Positions 36,634-47,508 of a stretch of DNA of 64,000 nucleotides are shown one piece after another (the stretch's first letter is position 1; each line of letters starts with the position of its first letter). Below the pieces are notes generated by a model. The model did no database searches. It worked only from the letters and a program-made list of their open reading frames with translations, and had not been told where the DNA came from. The stretch is from an uncultured Chloroflexia bacterium (GTDB lineage: Bacteria > Chloroflexota > Anaerolineae > CG2-30-64-16), in the NCBI GenBank assembly GCA_963783655.1, contig CAWAOA010000001.1, positions 444-64,443 on the forward strand, written 5' to 3'. A program made the translations under genes and the position numbers.

Positions 36634-39425
36634 ATGGACGCTATGCCCTCGACCCTGGTCGTTACGAAGCTGCGCGTGCCCGCGCTGCGACGCCGAATCG
36701 TGCCGCGCACCCGCCTCACCCGCGCGGCTTTCGTCCGAGCCGGGTACCGGTCTCGTTCTGGTGTGCGCTCCGGCCGGGTATGGGAAATCGACGATACTGG
36801 TCGAGTGGGCGCAGTCGCAGCTGCAAAGCGGAGTCGCCGTCGCCTGGTATGCCCTGGACGCAAGCGACGACGAACCGACCGCCTTCGGCTCGTATCTCGT
36901 TGCCAGCCTGGTACAGGCCCTCGGCCCGATTCCAGAGCTGGCGGGTATCGCCCAACTGCTGCGTTCCTCACCACAGGTTGATCTTCAGCGGATCCTTCCC
37001 GGCGTTATCAACACTATCGCAGCGAGCAGCCGCGCGTGTGTGTTGATCCTCGACGATTACCATTTGATCAGCTCACCGGCGATTCACACCGCATTGGCCT
37101 TTCTCATCGAGCGTCTTCCCGCGAATATGCGCCTGGTCATCGGCAGCCGGTCCGATCCGCCGCTGCCGCTGGCGCGCCTGCGGTCGCAGGGACGGCTGCT
37201 CGAGATGCGCGCCTCCGAGCTCGGCTTCACGGCAGAGGAAGCGGAACGATTCCTGAACGAGCTGATGCAACTCGACCTGTCGCCAGGGCTGCTGGCTGAG
37301 CTGGAAGCGCGCACAGAAGGATGGATTGCCGGGCTGCAATTGGCCGCCCTGGCACTATCGGGCCGGACCGACAAAGTGGGGCTGGTTGCTTCCTTTAGCG
37401 GCGATCATCGCTATCTTGTGGAATACCTTCTCGAGGAAGTGGTCAATGGGCAGCCCGACAAGGTCCAGTCGTTCTTGCTCACGACCTCTATCCTCGAGCG
37501 TGCGTGCGGTCCCCTGTGTGACGCACTTCTCGACCGGCCCTCGGACGGGCAAGCCATTCTCGAGCGGCTGGAGCGAAAGAACCTGTTCCTGGTATCCCTC
37601 GACGACAACGGCGAATGGTATCGCTATCACCATCTCTTCCGGGATTTCCTACGGGCCCGGTTGGGGAGAATCCAACCGGAGCGTATCCCTGCGCTGCACC
37701 GTGCAGCGGCCGGCTGGCACGCGGCCCACGGCTTACTGCGCGAAGCCGTCTGGCACGCGCTGCAGACAAACGATTGGGATTATGCAGCCGGCCTCGTCGA
37801 GCAGCACGGCATCCCGCTGATGCTGCGCGGCGAGTACGCGACCGGTTACGAATGGTGCGAGGCTTTCCCCGAGGAGATCATTCAAACCCGCCCGGTGCTT
37901 TGCCTCATTCACGGCAATGCGCTGGCCGTCCAATACCGGCGGCAGAACCGGCGCAAGGTCGAAACTCGGCTGCAGCAGGTCGAGCGGGCAGCAAATGCTA
38001 CTGGCAGACAGGCAGGCCGGACGCCTGCTTCTCGGCCAGGCTGCTGCAACGCGCGCCGCCCTGGCAGCCCTGACCCCGGATCCCACCGCCGATCCCCACG
38101 CACAGTTCGCCCTGGCCCAAACTGCGCTCGATCTGCTGGACGAGGATGACCCTGCCCGGTCGGCCGTGGCGCTGACGCTTGGCTATGCGCACATGGCGCT
38201 CCACGACGCAGACGCCGGGTTCGAGGCCATGGAAGAAGCCAGGCGGCTGTCGTTCGCCAGCCAACATTATGTAGCGGCTGTGGAGGCGACCTTTCACCAG
38301 GCGCGGCTGGCGCACCACCAGGGGCAATTGCAGCGTGCTGCAGAGATCTGCCGCCGGGGACGGGAAGAGATCGCGGCAGCCCTTGCCCACCCGGAACGGG
38401 AACTGCCTGTAGTGGGGTGCCTGGACATTGCGTCGGGGTGCGTGCTCCTCGAGCAGAACCAGTTACAGGAAGCGGAACGAGATCTCGTTCACGGGCTGTC
38501 GCTACTCGGATGGGCGATGAATCCCTACTACCGGATGATCGCATGTGTGGCTCTGTACCGGCTGCGCCAGATCCAGGGTCGCCCGACAGAAGCGCTCGAA
38601 TTCCTGGCGCGTCTGGACGAGACGTGGCCCGATATTGCTTTCTGCACGCCGCGGGCTCCGCATCGTGCATGGGCTGCGCACGACGCCGGCAGATCCGGAA
38701 GCATTGCGTGAGGCAGCGGCCTGGTGCAAGACCTTTTCCCCTGCGGCCGGTGACGAAATGCCTGAGCCCGGGATGGGACCCTTCGGCGCCGCCGAGGCCC
38801 GCTACCTGGCTCACCTTGCCTTGGCCCGAGCGCAGATCGCAACCGGCAGAGCAGGGGAAGCGCGGATTTATCTGGCAGGGCAACTCGCGCGGGCGCAAGC
38901 GCATGGCCTGACGAACCGCGAGATCGAGTTGTCGCTGCTGGATGCGCTGGCCGCACAGGCACTCGGGGACGAGACGGGAAGCCGGCCGCGCTCGAGCGCG
39001 CTCTGGCCGCTGGCCGGCCCGGAGGGCACCTGCGCATCTTCGATCAGGATCCCGGCTTGACTCGGCTGCTGATCGAGGCCGCCCGCCGTGGGATTCACCG
39101 CGAGTATGCCCTGCAGATATTAGCCGTTCTGGAGAGCCCGGCAACAGCCGGAGGAGGGGCGGTGAGTACGGGAGCACCGGCGGGGATGGCAGCGCAAACG
39201 AGTGTGGCAGCTTCTCCCGAAACCGGCGAGCGTCTCAGCGAACGCGAGCTGGAGGTGGTCCGCCTCATTGCACGTGGGGCCTCGAATCGTGAGATCGCAG
39301 ACCGGCTCGTGGTCACGGTGGGGACCGTCAAGAGCCACGTCAATCACATCCTCGGCAAGTTGGCTGCCCACAACCGGACTGAGGCAGTTGCACGGGCGCG
39401 GGAACTGCGCCTGCTCGATATCTAA
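36634..39425 (+). CDS. MalT/LuxR-family STAND ATPase transcriptional regulator, about 930 aa, at least 4 frame breaks.
   Basis: MDAMPSTLVVTKLRVPALRRRIVPRTRL. Walker A LVCAPAGYGKST. ..VLILDDYHLISS..LVIGSRSDPPLPLARLRSQGRLLEMRASELGFTAEEAERFL..TEGWIAGLQLAALAL... C-terminal LuxR HTH LSERELEVVRLIARGASNREIADRLVVTVGTVKSHVNHILGKL (ORF 39057-39425). Confidence 0.85.
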
Positions 39426-39453
39426 CCCCATTTCCAACCTTGGATGGATGACC
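39421..39453 (+). promoter_or_regulatory. MalT-box-like conserved motif plus promoter upstream of the 39517 gene (right copy).
   Basis: TCTAACCCCATTTCCAACCTTGGATGGATGACC. TATGCT follows 17 nt later, and ATG 39517 lies 63 nt after the motif. The motif overlaps the regulator's stop codon (39423-39425). Confidence 0.55.
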
Positions 39454-39516
39454 TCTGCCCGGCATGCGCTTATGCTGCGTGCATCGACATCATTTGCAGC
39501 CGGCGCAGAAAGCAAG

Positions 39517-39903
39517 ATGCTGGACTATTCCCGTTACCGCGTAAGAGAAGCACTGACTGCAGTGCGGAAGGTGATCCTGGCTACCGGCGGGCCGGCCGGC
39601 GTCCAGGTCAGTGAGGTTCCTTGCCAGGCGATTGGCCTGGACCTCTACGTGCTGGTGCCGCGGACTTCCGACCACCTGTTCAATCTGGAACATGAACCCG
39701 CGGTAACCGTCTTGTCGGCCGAATGGGAGCTTAAGGGAGAGGCATCCGTCGTTGGCCCGACCGCCGCGGAAATTGGCTTCGAGCTGTCCGGAGAACCGGG
39801 CGCCGGGTGGTATGCGCTCGTGCGAGTCAATCCATTCCGGTTGAGTATCCGGAGGGCAACGGGCTGGGGGAATCTCGAGACGATTGACCTCGAGTCCCGA
39901 TGA
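39517..39903 (+). CDS. Small PNPOx-like (FMN-binding split-barrel) protein, putative.
   Basis: MLDYSRYRVREALTAVRKVILATGGPAGVQVSEVPCQAIGLDLYVLVPRTSDHLFNLEHEPAVTVL.. This pattern is typical of pyridoxamine-5-phosphate-oxidase-like folds. 128 aa, single frame within ORF 39202-39903. Confidence 0.5.
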   Translation: MLDYSRYRVREALTAVRKVILATGGPAGVQVSEVPCQAIGLDLYVLVPRTSDHLFNLEHEPAVTVLSAEWELKGEASVVGPTAAEIGFELSGEPGAGWYALVRVNPFRLSIRRATGWGNLETIDLESR

Positions 39904-39949
39904 TGCGGAGACTCGGCCGTAACCGGCTGGATTCCCCCCGCCTCGCTGC

Positions 39950-40168
39950 TCAGTTTCGCTCTACCCGGTTGATCGACAGGAACACGAGCCCAAGCCCGTG
40001 AAGATACCGGATCATCCCGATGAGACCCGACTGGTCGGTGCAAATGGCAAGCACGGTCGCCGCCACATCAGTCTTTTCGACGGATACGCTGAGCGGGCTC
40101 ATGGCGTTGATCTCGTCTTCGCCCATTTGGCCGTGCAGCTCGATCAGGTAGGTGCATAGATCGTTCAT
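39950..40168 (-). CDS. Small conserved hypothetical protein (72 aa).
   Basis: MNDLCTYLIELHGQMGEDEINAMSPLSVSVEKTDVAATVLAICTDQSGLIGMIRYLHGLGLVFLSINRVE. It resembles a widespread small protein family with a ..DQ..L.G.L..L...G..L.S.. core. It is the last gene of the 41608-39950 operon. Confidence 0.5.
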   Translation of the reverse strand: MNDLCTYLIELHGQMGEDEINAMSPLSVSVEKTDVAATVLAICTDQSGLIGMIRYLHGLGLVFLSINRVERN

Positions 40169-40183
40169 GTGGCCATCGCAACA

Positions 40184-40855
40184 CTAAGCCGCCAGCTGGC
40201 GCTTGACCTTCATCGCCCACGCCTGAATCGCGTCCCAATCCCGGTGGTCTCCAACCTTCCATGCGCCGAAGAGCACCGGCAGACGCATGAGCACGGTGTC
40301 CTTATTGACCGGCAGTTTGTCGAAGTCCAGGGCGCCGGCAAAGTAGCCCTCGCTCACCGGCTTGACCAGGTCACGCACCGGCTTCATCCAATCGGTAATA
40401 CCCGAGCGGTAGTTGTCGCCGTTGTTCATGCTGAGGGTAATACACACCATGAAAGCCGCGAACGGCTTCTTGCGCAGGGCGGCCTGGTTGGCCCGCATGA
40501 AGTCCATACCTTCGGGCAGCCATTTCCCGCCGTGAATTGCGCTGCCGGCCACGACCGCCCGGTAGGGGGTGACGTCCGTTACTTCCTGCATGCGGCGCAC
40601 GTCGACCTGCGCCCCGCTCTCGGCCAGGATGCGGCCGACTTCTGTGGCCACACCCGCGGTGGAGCCGGCTTGCGTGGCGTAGGCCACAAGGATCTTGTCT
40701 GACATTGGGTCTTCTCCTAACGTAAATCCCGGAAAAGTCATGACCGGCCGGTCATTACCGTATACATACATCCCTGCACACGAGAGGGCGGTGGCGCCAA
40801 TGCCGGCGCCGGCGACCTTAAGGAAGTTGCGGCGGTTGATAGGGGTGACTGCCAT
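40184..40855 (-). CDS. Flavodoxin-domain protein with an N-terminal twin-arginine (Tat) signal, intact.
   Basis: MAVTPINRRNFLKVAGAGIGATALSCAG.., then MSDKILVAYATQAGSTAGVATEVGRILAESGAQVDVRR..AVVAGSAIHGGKWL..DHRDWDAIQAWAMKV. Clearly paralogous to the 36460 protein. Confidence 0.75.
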   Translation of the reverse strand: MAVTPINRRNFLKVAGAGIGATALSCAGMYVYGNDRPVMTFPGFTLGEDPMSDKILVAYATQAGSTAGVATEVGRILAESGAQVDVRRMQEVTDVTPYRAVVAGSAIHGGKWLPEGMDFMRANQAALRKKPFAAFMVCITLSMNNGDNYRSGITDWMKPVRDLVKPVSEGYFAGALDFDKLPVNKDTVLMRLPVLFGAWKVGDHRDWDAIQAWAMKVKRQLAA

Positions 40856-40858
40856 AGC

Positions 40859-41608
40859 TTACGCCCCTTCTTGCCGGGCAAGCTGCAGGAGCCGGCGGGC
40901 GACAAGGACCAGCCAGATCACCATGGGTATCAGAGAGGCGAGAGACAGCACCAGACCCAGGGTACCGGCCGAAGCAGGCACCAGGTTCATGCCGTAGAAG
41001 GCGATACCCATAAAGGCCGTCCGTCTTCCAAAGGTAGTGCCCTGGAGCATGGCTATCGCCACGAGCAGACCGGATACGGCGATCAGGATGTAGCTGGTGA
41101 TGAAGGCGCTGCCCTCGAAGGCCGCCAGGATCGCCTGGCCCGCCGACAGCAGCATCGTGCGATGGGCATCGGTCGTCGCAGCCGCGTACTGCTCCGCGAG
41201 CCCCAGCATGGAAAATGCCGGATGGATGGAGAAGTAAGAGGCGATCCCGGTGACACCCAGCGCCAGTCCCATCGTGGCGAGGGAGCGGCTGCCATCCCGG
41301 ATGGCCACGCAGAGTGCGACCAGCACCAGCAGGCTCGCCGGATAATCGACCAGCATCAGAAGATCCAGGTTAAGGAGCCCAATCAGCCAGTTGTCATGCA
41401 GCATGGAGAACCAGTCGCCCACGGCGGCTGCGCTGGGTTCGAATGCAGGGGGCGGCCAGGCGATGAACACGGCAGCCTGGATGGCGGTAAGCACGACCAG
41501 GGCCACGGCAGCAACGGCGCCGGTGGTGTAAAGAGTGTGCCACGGCGATGCAGTCGTCTCGACCGATTTCGGAACGGCGACATGCGTGTTTAGGGTTGTA
41601 GCGGTCAC
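40859..41608 (-). CDS. Polytopic membrane protein (DUF4386-like, tentative), intact.
   Basis: 249-aa ORF: ..AVAAVALVVLTAIQAAVFIAWPPP..WLIGLLNLDLLMLVDYPASLLVLVALCVAI.. with about 6 TM segments. Its stop lies 4 nt before the Tat-flavodoxin start. Confidence 0.6.
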   Translation of the reverse strand: MTATTLNTHVAVPKSVETTASPWHTLYTTGAVAAVALVVLTAIQAAVFIAWPPPAFEPSAAAVGDWFSMLHDNWLIGLLNLDLLMLVDYPASLLVLVALCVAIRDGSRSLATMGLALGVTGIASYFSIHPAFSMLGLAEQYAAATTDAHRTMLLSAGQAILAAFEGSAFITSYILIAVSGLLVAIAMLQGTTFGRRTAFMGIAFYGMNLVPASAGTLGLVLSLASLIPMVIWLVLVARRLLQLARQEGA

Positions 41609-41726
41609 GACATCCTCCTCAGTTGGATGCCGTCATTGTGGGGCAAACCGGCCGCTGAGACAGCAGGCGAAGGTGTAATCTATGGGGGGTATTGATCGAG
41701 AGGGAATTACTCGAAAGTGTAATACG

Positions 41727-44478
41727 CTACAGGCATCCCAGTTGGCGCGCCCGGGCCACGGCCTGGGTGCGGCTGCTCACCCCCAGCTTGCCGAAGATAT
41801 TGCTGCTGTGCTTCTTTACGGTGTGCAGGGTGACAACCAACCGCCCGGCGATCTCCTGGTTGGTGCAACCGTCGGCAATCAGGCGCAGGATCTCCAGCTC
41901 GCGTTCGGTCAGCGGCTCGACGGGCGGCCATTCTGCGGAGCTGTGCGCACCGTGGTCGACGGGTGCATCTGGGATGGGCGGCGAGGCGGGTGCGGCGATG
42001 GCAGCCGTTTCCGGCGCCGTGCCACTCCGGAACGCATCGAGGAGACGGCCGGCATATCGCTTGATCCGGTCGGGTGCCCCGGCATGATCGACCACTGCCG
42101 CCAGCAGCGGGATCACGGCCGGGCCCTCCTCGAGGAACAACAGGGTGTAGCCTTCGGGTTCGGCCAGATCCAACGCCCGCTCGATACTATCGAGTGCCGC
42201 CGGAACGCAGGCGGCGCCCTGGCTCTGCAGGGCGAGCGCCTCGAGCAGGCAGACCTCGATCAGGAGGCCGAAACGCTCGCCGGGGCCGGCGGTCGCCTTC
42301 ACCTCCCCCAGCAGCTCGAGCGCCCGCCCGAACTGTGCCCTGCGGCAGGAGAGCGCGCGCGGCGATGGTCTTCACGATCTCGAGGACCAGCCGGGGCGGC
42401 GCCTGTCCCGTCAATTCACCGGCCAGCAGCTTCATCCACGGCTCGGCGTACCGGTTGACGCCGAGCAGATCACCCATCGCCGGTGCGATAGCGATTTGGC
42501 GCGCAGCTTTGTCTGGATCATCCTGTCGCGGGAACACCTTTTCCAGCGCCTCCAGCTCTGCCAACGCCCCTGCAAGATCACCCCTAGCCTGGCGCAAGCG
42601 CGACCTCACTCCATAGGCCGTGTAGATGCCGTCTACCCCGCCCATCGAACAGAGCTCCACGCCCCGGGCCAGATACGCTTCAGCCCTCTCGAGTTCGTAC
42701 CGCTCCAGATAGATGCCCGCCAGGCCGATATAGCCGGCGCCTGCCGGATAGAAGGGCGCTTGCCCGTGCAGCGTGCCCGTGTCGATGATTGCCTGGTATA
42801 ACCGGGCGGCCTCGGTGAGCTGTCCGCGGTGGCAGCAGGCACGCGCTGAGCAAGCCCATGATCTCAATCGCCAGCGCGTCGTCGCCGGTGCTGCGCGCCA
42901 GCCGCAGACTTTCATCAAAGGCCGCAGTTGCCTCGACAAGATTCCCATCGAGTGCGTGCGCCACTGCCAGGGCAAATACGAGGCGCGCACGTGTCACCTG
43001 ATCCTGCTCAGGAACTGAGCGCAACGCCTCCTGTGCAAGCCGGATCGTTCGCGATGGGTTGCCGAACACCGGTGAGTAGCGGCATAGAATGACCGTCAAC
43101 TCCACTCGCAGCCGGTCGTTTTCGGGAGACGGCGGCAGCGCACGGAGCATCGCTTCCCGCTCCTGCATGCCCCTCTCCCCGAAATCAACCTTCCCCTCCA
43201 GGAGGTCACTCCAGGTTCGATAGACCTCGAGGCGCGGATGCGCGGCGCGGGTGGCGGCCGGGAAGGCTGCCAGCCAGTTGCGCAGGGTGTGCATCCGGCC
43301 CGCGAAGATCATCGGGCGGGCTACCCGCTCCACCAGAGCAACGGCCCCCTCATGATCCTTCCCGGCCAGTGCGTGCTTGATCGCGTCATCGATAAAACCA
43401 TTGTCCCGCAGCCAATCGCTCGCCCGGCAGTGGAGCGCCTGCACGTCAGCGGGGGGCAACGTCTGGCGCAGCCGGGTTGCCAGCAGGTCGGCAAAAAGGC
43501 GATGGTAGCGATACCATTCCCGCTCATCGTCAAGCGGAACCAGAAACAGGTTTGCCGTGCACATCCGCTCGAGCAGGGCATCGCAGCCCGGGCTACCGGT
43601 AATCGCCTCACACAGGCCCCCGCTTAGTTTGTCGACGATCGATGTTTGGAGCAGGAAGCTGCGGATTTCGGCCGGCTGCCGGTCCAGTACCTCTTCCGTC
43701 AGGTAGCTCAGGATATAGCGGTGGCTGCCGCTGAGACCGGCGATGAAACTCGACGCGTCGGACCTGCCGCGCACGGACAGGCCGGCGAGTTGGAGGCCCG
43801 CTGACCCAACCCTCGGTGCGACTCGCAAGGGCGGCAACGTCGCCCTCTGAGAGCGATAGCTCCATCAGCGTCATTCAGAAGGTGGCCGGCTTCGCCGGCG
43901 TTGAATCGCAGACCGGCGGCACGTACATCGGTAATCTGATTGTTGGCGCGCAGCCGCGCCAGGGGAAGCGACGGGTCCTCACGTGTGATCAGAACCAGGT
44001 GCACATTGCCCGGTTGGCCGGCGATCAACCTCTCGATGGCATTGACGATGGCGCTTTCGCGGATCACGTGGAAGTCATCCAATACGAGAACGAACCTGCT
44101 TCCAACCGCAAGGATGTCGTTGACCAGCGTGGTTGTGAGGGAGCTGATGGGCGGCGCCTGACCGGCCTGCAGAGCGAGTGCCGCCTCGCGGCCGATGCTG
44201 TCATCCACCCCCTGCAGCGCGGCCAGCAGATAGGCGAAGAATCGGACGGGATCGTCGTCGGCCGGCTCCAGTGACAGCCAGGCCACTGGCATGGATAGGC
44301 CGGCGAGCCACTCGCTCACACAGGTCGTCTTGCCAAATCCCGCCGGAGCAGAAACGAGCGTGAGCCGGCGTCCGGCCGCCAACCCCTCGTTCAACTGCTG
44401 CACGAGATGGGAACGCTCGACGCACTTAATGGGCGGCATAGGGCGGTAGAGTTTGGTCGCCAGCAATGCAGAGATCAT
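41727..44478 (-). CDS. Second MalT/LuxR-family STAND ATPase regulator, about 915 aa, at least 3 frame breaks.
   Basis: ATG 44478 ([29 protein letters not shown]). Walker [13 protein letters not shown]. ..[45 protein letters not shown]... TPR-like middle region (ORFs 42680-43837, 42187-42990). Lux[47 protein letters not shown] (ORF 41727-42302). Confidence 0.85.
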
Positions 44479-44721
44479 TACCTGATTCCATTCCCGTCCC
44501 GGATTCGTGGTGGCACGTGGGAACATCGAAAGGGCAATTATAGCCCAGTGCGTCCCAGGCAGCGAAGCTGCGCCAGGCGCAGGCGCGGCTTTTTTATAGA
44601 TTGTCTGATACATCTCTCGTATTTGTGGCGCTTGTGCATTACAATTCATCCTGCGATACTGAAACCGTGCGGCAGAAGTGGCTGTCGCTCGTAAGGTACC
44701 GGCACCTATAGGAGGTCACCC

Positions 44722-45259
44722 ATGCCCGAGAAGAAATCGATGTTGCAGCGGATCCAGGAAGCGATGAGCGGAAAGCAGGGAGAAGCGGAAACCGCACAGA
44801 CTCCTGCGGAGGTTCAGCAGCAATCGGAAGCGGCGGCTCCCCCTGTGGATACCGGCGCCGCAGAACGTGAAGCGCTCGAACAACAACGCCGCGCGGCGGA
44901 AGCAGAGCAGCGCGAACAGGAGAAGAAGCGCGTCCTGGCCGAGCGCGAAGAGGAATTCAAGGTATCCCAGCAGCAACAGATGGAGGCCAAGCAGCGCGAG
45001 CTGGCCGAGCGCGAGGCGGAGCTGAAGCAGCGCGAAGAGGCAGCCCAGGCGGAGGCCCAGGCTAAAGCCGCTGAAGCGGAGGCCGCAGCCGCCGCGGCAG
45101 GCGCGCACCTACGTGGTCAAGTCAGGCGACAGCCTGAGCGCCATCGTGTTGGAGCTGTACCACGACGCGAGCCGTTGGCCCGAGATCTTTGAGGCGAATC
45201 GAGACCAGATCACGAACCCGAATTTGATCTATCCCGGACAGAAGCTTCGCATTCCGTAG
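44722..45259 (+). CDS. Charged coiled-coil protein with a C-terminal LysM domain, 1 frame break near 45100.
   Basis: GGAGG precedes ATG 44722. E/Q/A/R-rich region (..EREALEQQRRAAEAEQREQEKKRVLAEREEEF..). After the frame break, YVVKSGDSLSAIVLELYHDASRWPEIFEANRDQITNPNLIYPGQKLRIP with a stop at 45257-45259. Confidence 0.75.
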
Positions 45260-45323
45260 CCCATCCATCGATGTGTTGCCGCCGGCCTCCCAGGGAGGCC
45301 TACCGTTCCAAGGGGCGTAGATA

Positions 45324-45524
45324 ATGACCAAGAACATCGGGGATATGGACCGAATGGTTCGCTTCGTGCTCGGGGCTGTGCTGGTGCTGATAGGCCTGCT
45401 GGTCCCGATGAGCTCCGCAGCACTGCAGATCATTCTGCTGTTGATCGGCATCTACCTGTTGGTTACCGCAGCCATCCGGACTTGCCTGGTGTACAGGCTG
45501 CTCAATATGTCCACGTTGAAGTAG
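45324..45524 (+). CDS. DUF2892 (YgaP-like) small membrane protein, intact.
   Basis: MTKNIGDMDRMVRFVLGAVLVLIGLL..LLLIGIYLLVTAAIRTCLVYRLLNMST. The N.G..DR..R...G and C..Y..LG pattern is typical of DUF2892. Confidence 0.7.
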   Translation: MTKNIGDMDRMVRFVLGAVLVLIGLLVPMSSAALQIILLLIGIYLLVTAAIRTCLVYRLLNMSTLK

Positions 45525-45573
45525 CGCAAGGCACAGCACCTTACACTACGGCAAGTGGATCGACCTGAACCCA

Positions 45574-45602
45574 CGAGGCGCTCGCAGACTGCGAGCGCCT
45601 CG
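45574..45602. terminator. Perfect 14-bp-arm hairpin between convergent genes.
   Basis: CGAGGCGCTCGCAG-A-CTGCGAGCGCCTCG. Confidence 0.45.
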
Positions 45603-45694
45603 GCGCGTAAGGTGGGTGCGATAGCGGATGGCGAACGAGAACCCCTACCCTTTACGCCCGACGCCGGTCTGGCCGCCGTGCGCCGGGCCGGGCA

Positions 45695-47477
45695 TCATGG
45701 GATGGCCTGGCTAAGCGTACGAAGCCCGGGCGTAACGGCCTCCCAGCCTGTTTCGCCATTGCCGAGCGGCACCTCAAGCATTACCGTTGTCCCTATACCC
45801 GGAGCGCTCTTGATGGAGAAAGCACCCCCTATCATCTCAGCACGCTCGCGCATTCCGACCAGGCCAAGGCGCCCGCTGCGCTCCGCCCCCTCGACATCGA
45901 AGCCGACCCCGTCGTCGACGACGAGCGCCACGATCGATCGTTCCTGGCCGCTCAGGGAGACCTGCGCCCGCGATGCCCGAGCGTGGCGCGTGACGTTGGT
46001 CAACGCCTCCTGGACGACCCGATAGAGCGTCGTCTCGGCCTCGATGGGCAACCGGTCATCGCCGAACCCCGAGGCGGTAAACTCCACCTGCAAGTTCCCG
46101 CTCTCGGCTATCGTCCGCACGTACTGCTGGAGGGCAGGTAGCAGGCCCAGTTTATCCAGACTGGCCGGCCGCAGGTCGACTGCCAACCGGTGCAGTTCCT
46201 CCATAATGCCGTCTGTCATTTGCTTGAGTGAGCGAAGGCGCCCCGCTATCGCTTCCGGGCAGCCCTCGTCGCGTTCTACCATTCCAAGCCCAACCATCAG
46301 GGCCGTCAGCGCCTGGCCGGCCTCGTCGTGCAGCTCGCGAGCGATCGCCAGCCGTTCGTCCTCCTGGATCCGCACCAGCCGTCGCGACAGGCTCTGCAGC
46401 CTGCTGCGACTGATCCGAACCTGCTCGTGCAAGCGCAGGTTCTGGATGGCGACCGCCAGGGAATCGGCGACCTGCAGTGCCAGCTCTATGCTGCCAGGCG
46501 GAGAAGGACCCCGGCTCCTCGCGCGCCAACTCAAGAGCGCCGATCAGGTGCGCGCCCGCCATAAGCGGAACCCAGGTAGAGGCGTGTAACCCTTCTCCTA
46601 AGGACATCTCCTCAAACGCGCAGGGGTCTGGAAGTCCCGCCAGGTCCTCGACGATGGCGGGTATGCCGCGCTGGCAATCGCTTAATCCCCGACAGCCTTG
46701 CAGCGAAACCTCCGCGCCGTTCTGCAGCCCCGTGGGGTAGGCAGAGTCGACGGCCAGTACGGTCGCCATCTGCTCCTCGGGTTCGAACAGCAGAACGGCC
46801 GATCGCTCGCACTCTATGCTCTGGCGCACGTGCTGGGCGGCAATCTGCGCGATCTCGGCAGGGGAGTGTGCAGCCAGGATTGCCCGGTCCATCTGGTGCA
46901 GTATTTGCAGCCGGGACCGGCTCTCGCGCAGCTCCGCTTCGACGCGCTTGCGCTCTGCTACGTCCTGATCCAGCGCCTCCACAGTCGCATGCAATTGCCG
47001 GTTCAAGCGTTGGATCTCGCCGAGTTGTTGCTCTAGCTCTTCGTTGGCTGCGCCGAGCTGAGCCGATTGTCGTTTGAGAATATGATTCATCCGGAACAGG
47101 TCGACGAATACCTTGATCTTGGCCCGAATCACTTCGGGCGCCACCGGCGTGAAGATGTAGTCAACCGCTCCCAGCCCGTACGCATGCATGGCCGAGTCAT
47201 CGCTCTGGCTGATGGCGGTCATGAATACGATCGGAGTGTGCCGGGAACGGGGCCGCTCCCGGATCAGGGACGCGGCCTCAAAACCACTCATATCAGGCAT
47301 ATTGACGTCGAGAACGATAACCGCGAAGTCGCTTTCCAACAGGTGGTGCAGCGCCTCTCGACCGGATCGAGCCTTTACGAGATTTTGGCCGAGCTCGGCC
47401 AAAACAGACTCTACGGCCAGCAGATTGGCCGGATTATCGTCCACCAGCAATACATTGGCCCGCTCATCGATGTCCAC
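45695..47477 (-). CDS. Hybrid sensor kinase: REC, coiled coil, GAF, HisKA_3, HATPase_c; 1 frame break near 46500.
   Basis: GTG 47477 after GGTGGAGG. REC: ANVLLVDDNPANLLAVESVLAELG..VIVLDVNMPDMSGFE. GAF region in ORF 46152-47624. HisKA_3: VRIQEDERLAIARELHDEAGQALTAL. ATPase: LYRVVQEALTNVTRHA..VVDDGVGF..GLVGMRERAEMIGG (ORF 45695-46534). Confidence 0.85.
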
Positions 47478-47508
47478 CGATCCGCCTCCACCTTGTGTTT
47501 GCGACGCT

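Noticed and set aside
36634-44478. The two large STAND NTPases as candidate Avs-like antiphage sensors.
   Set aside because: Both end in a LuxR-type HTH and have the MalT layout: N-terminal Walker A ATPase, a helical/TPR sensor and a DNA-binding tail. One is flanked by MalT-box-like promoters. They read as transcriptional activators, not effector-fused defence proteins.
44560-44610. A GC-rich segment followed by TTTTTTAT as an orphan terminator or small RNA end, upstream of the LysM gene.
   Set aside because: I could not draw a convincing stem, only 5-7 bp of imperfect pairing with almost no loop. There is also no upstream plus-strand gene to terminate.
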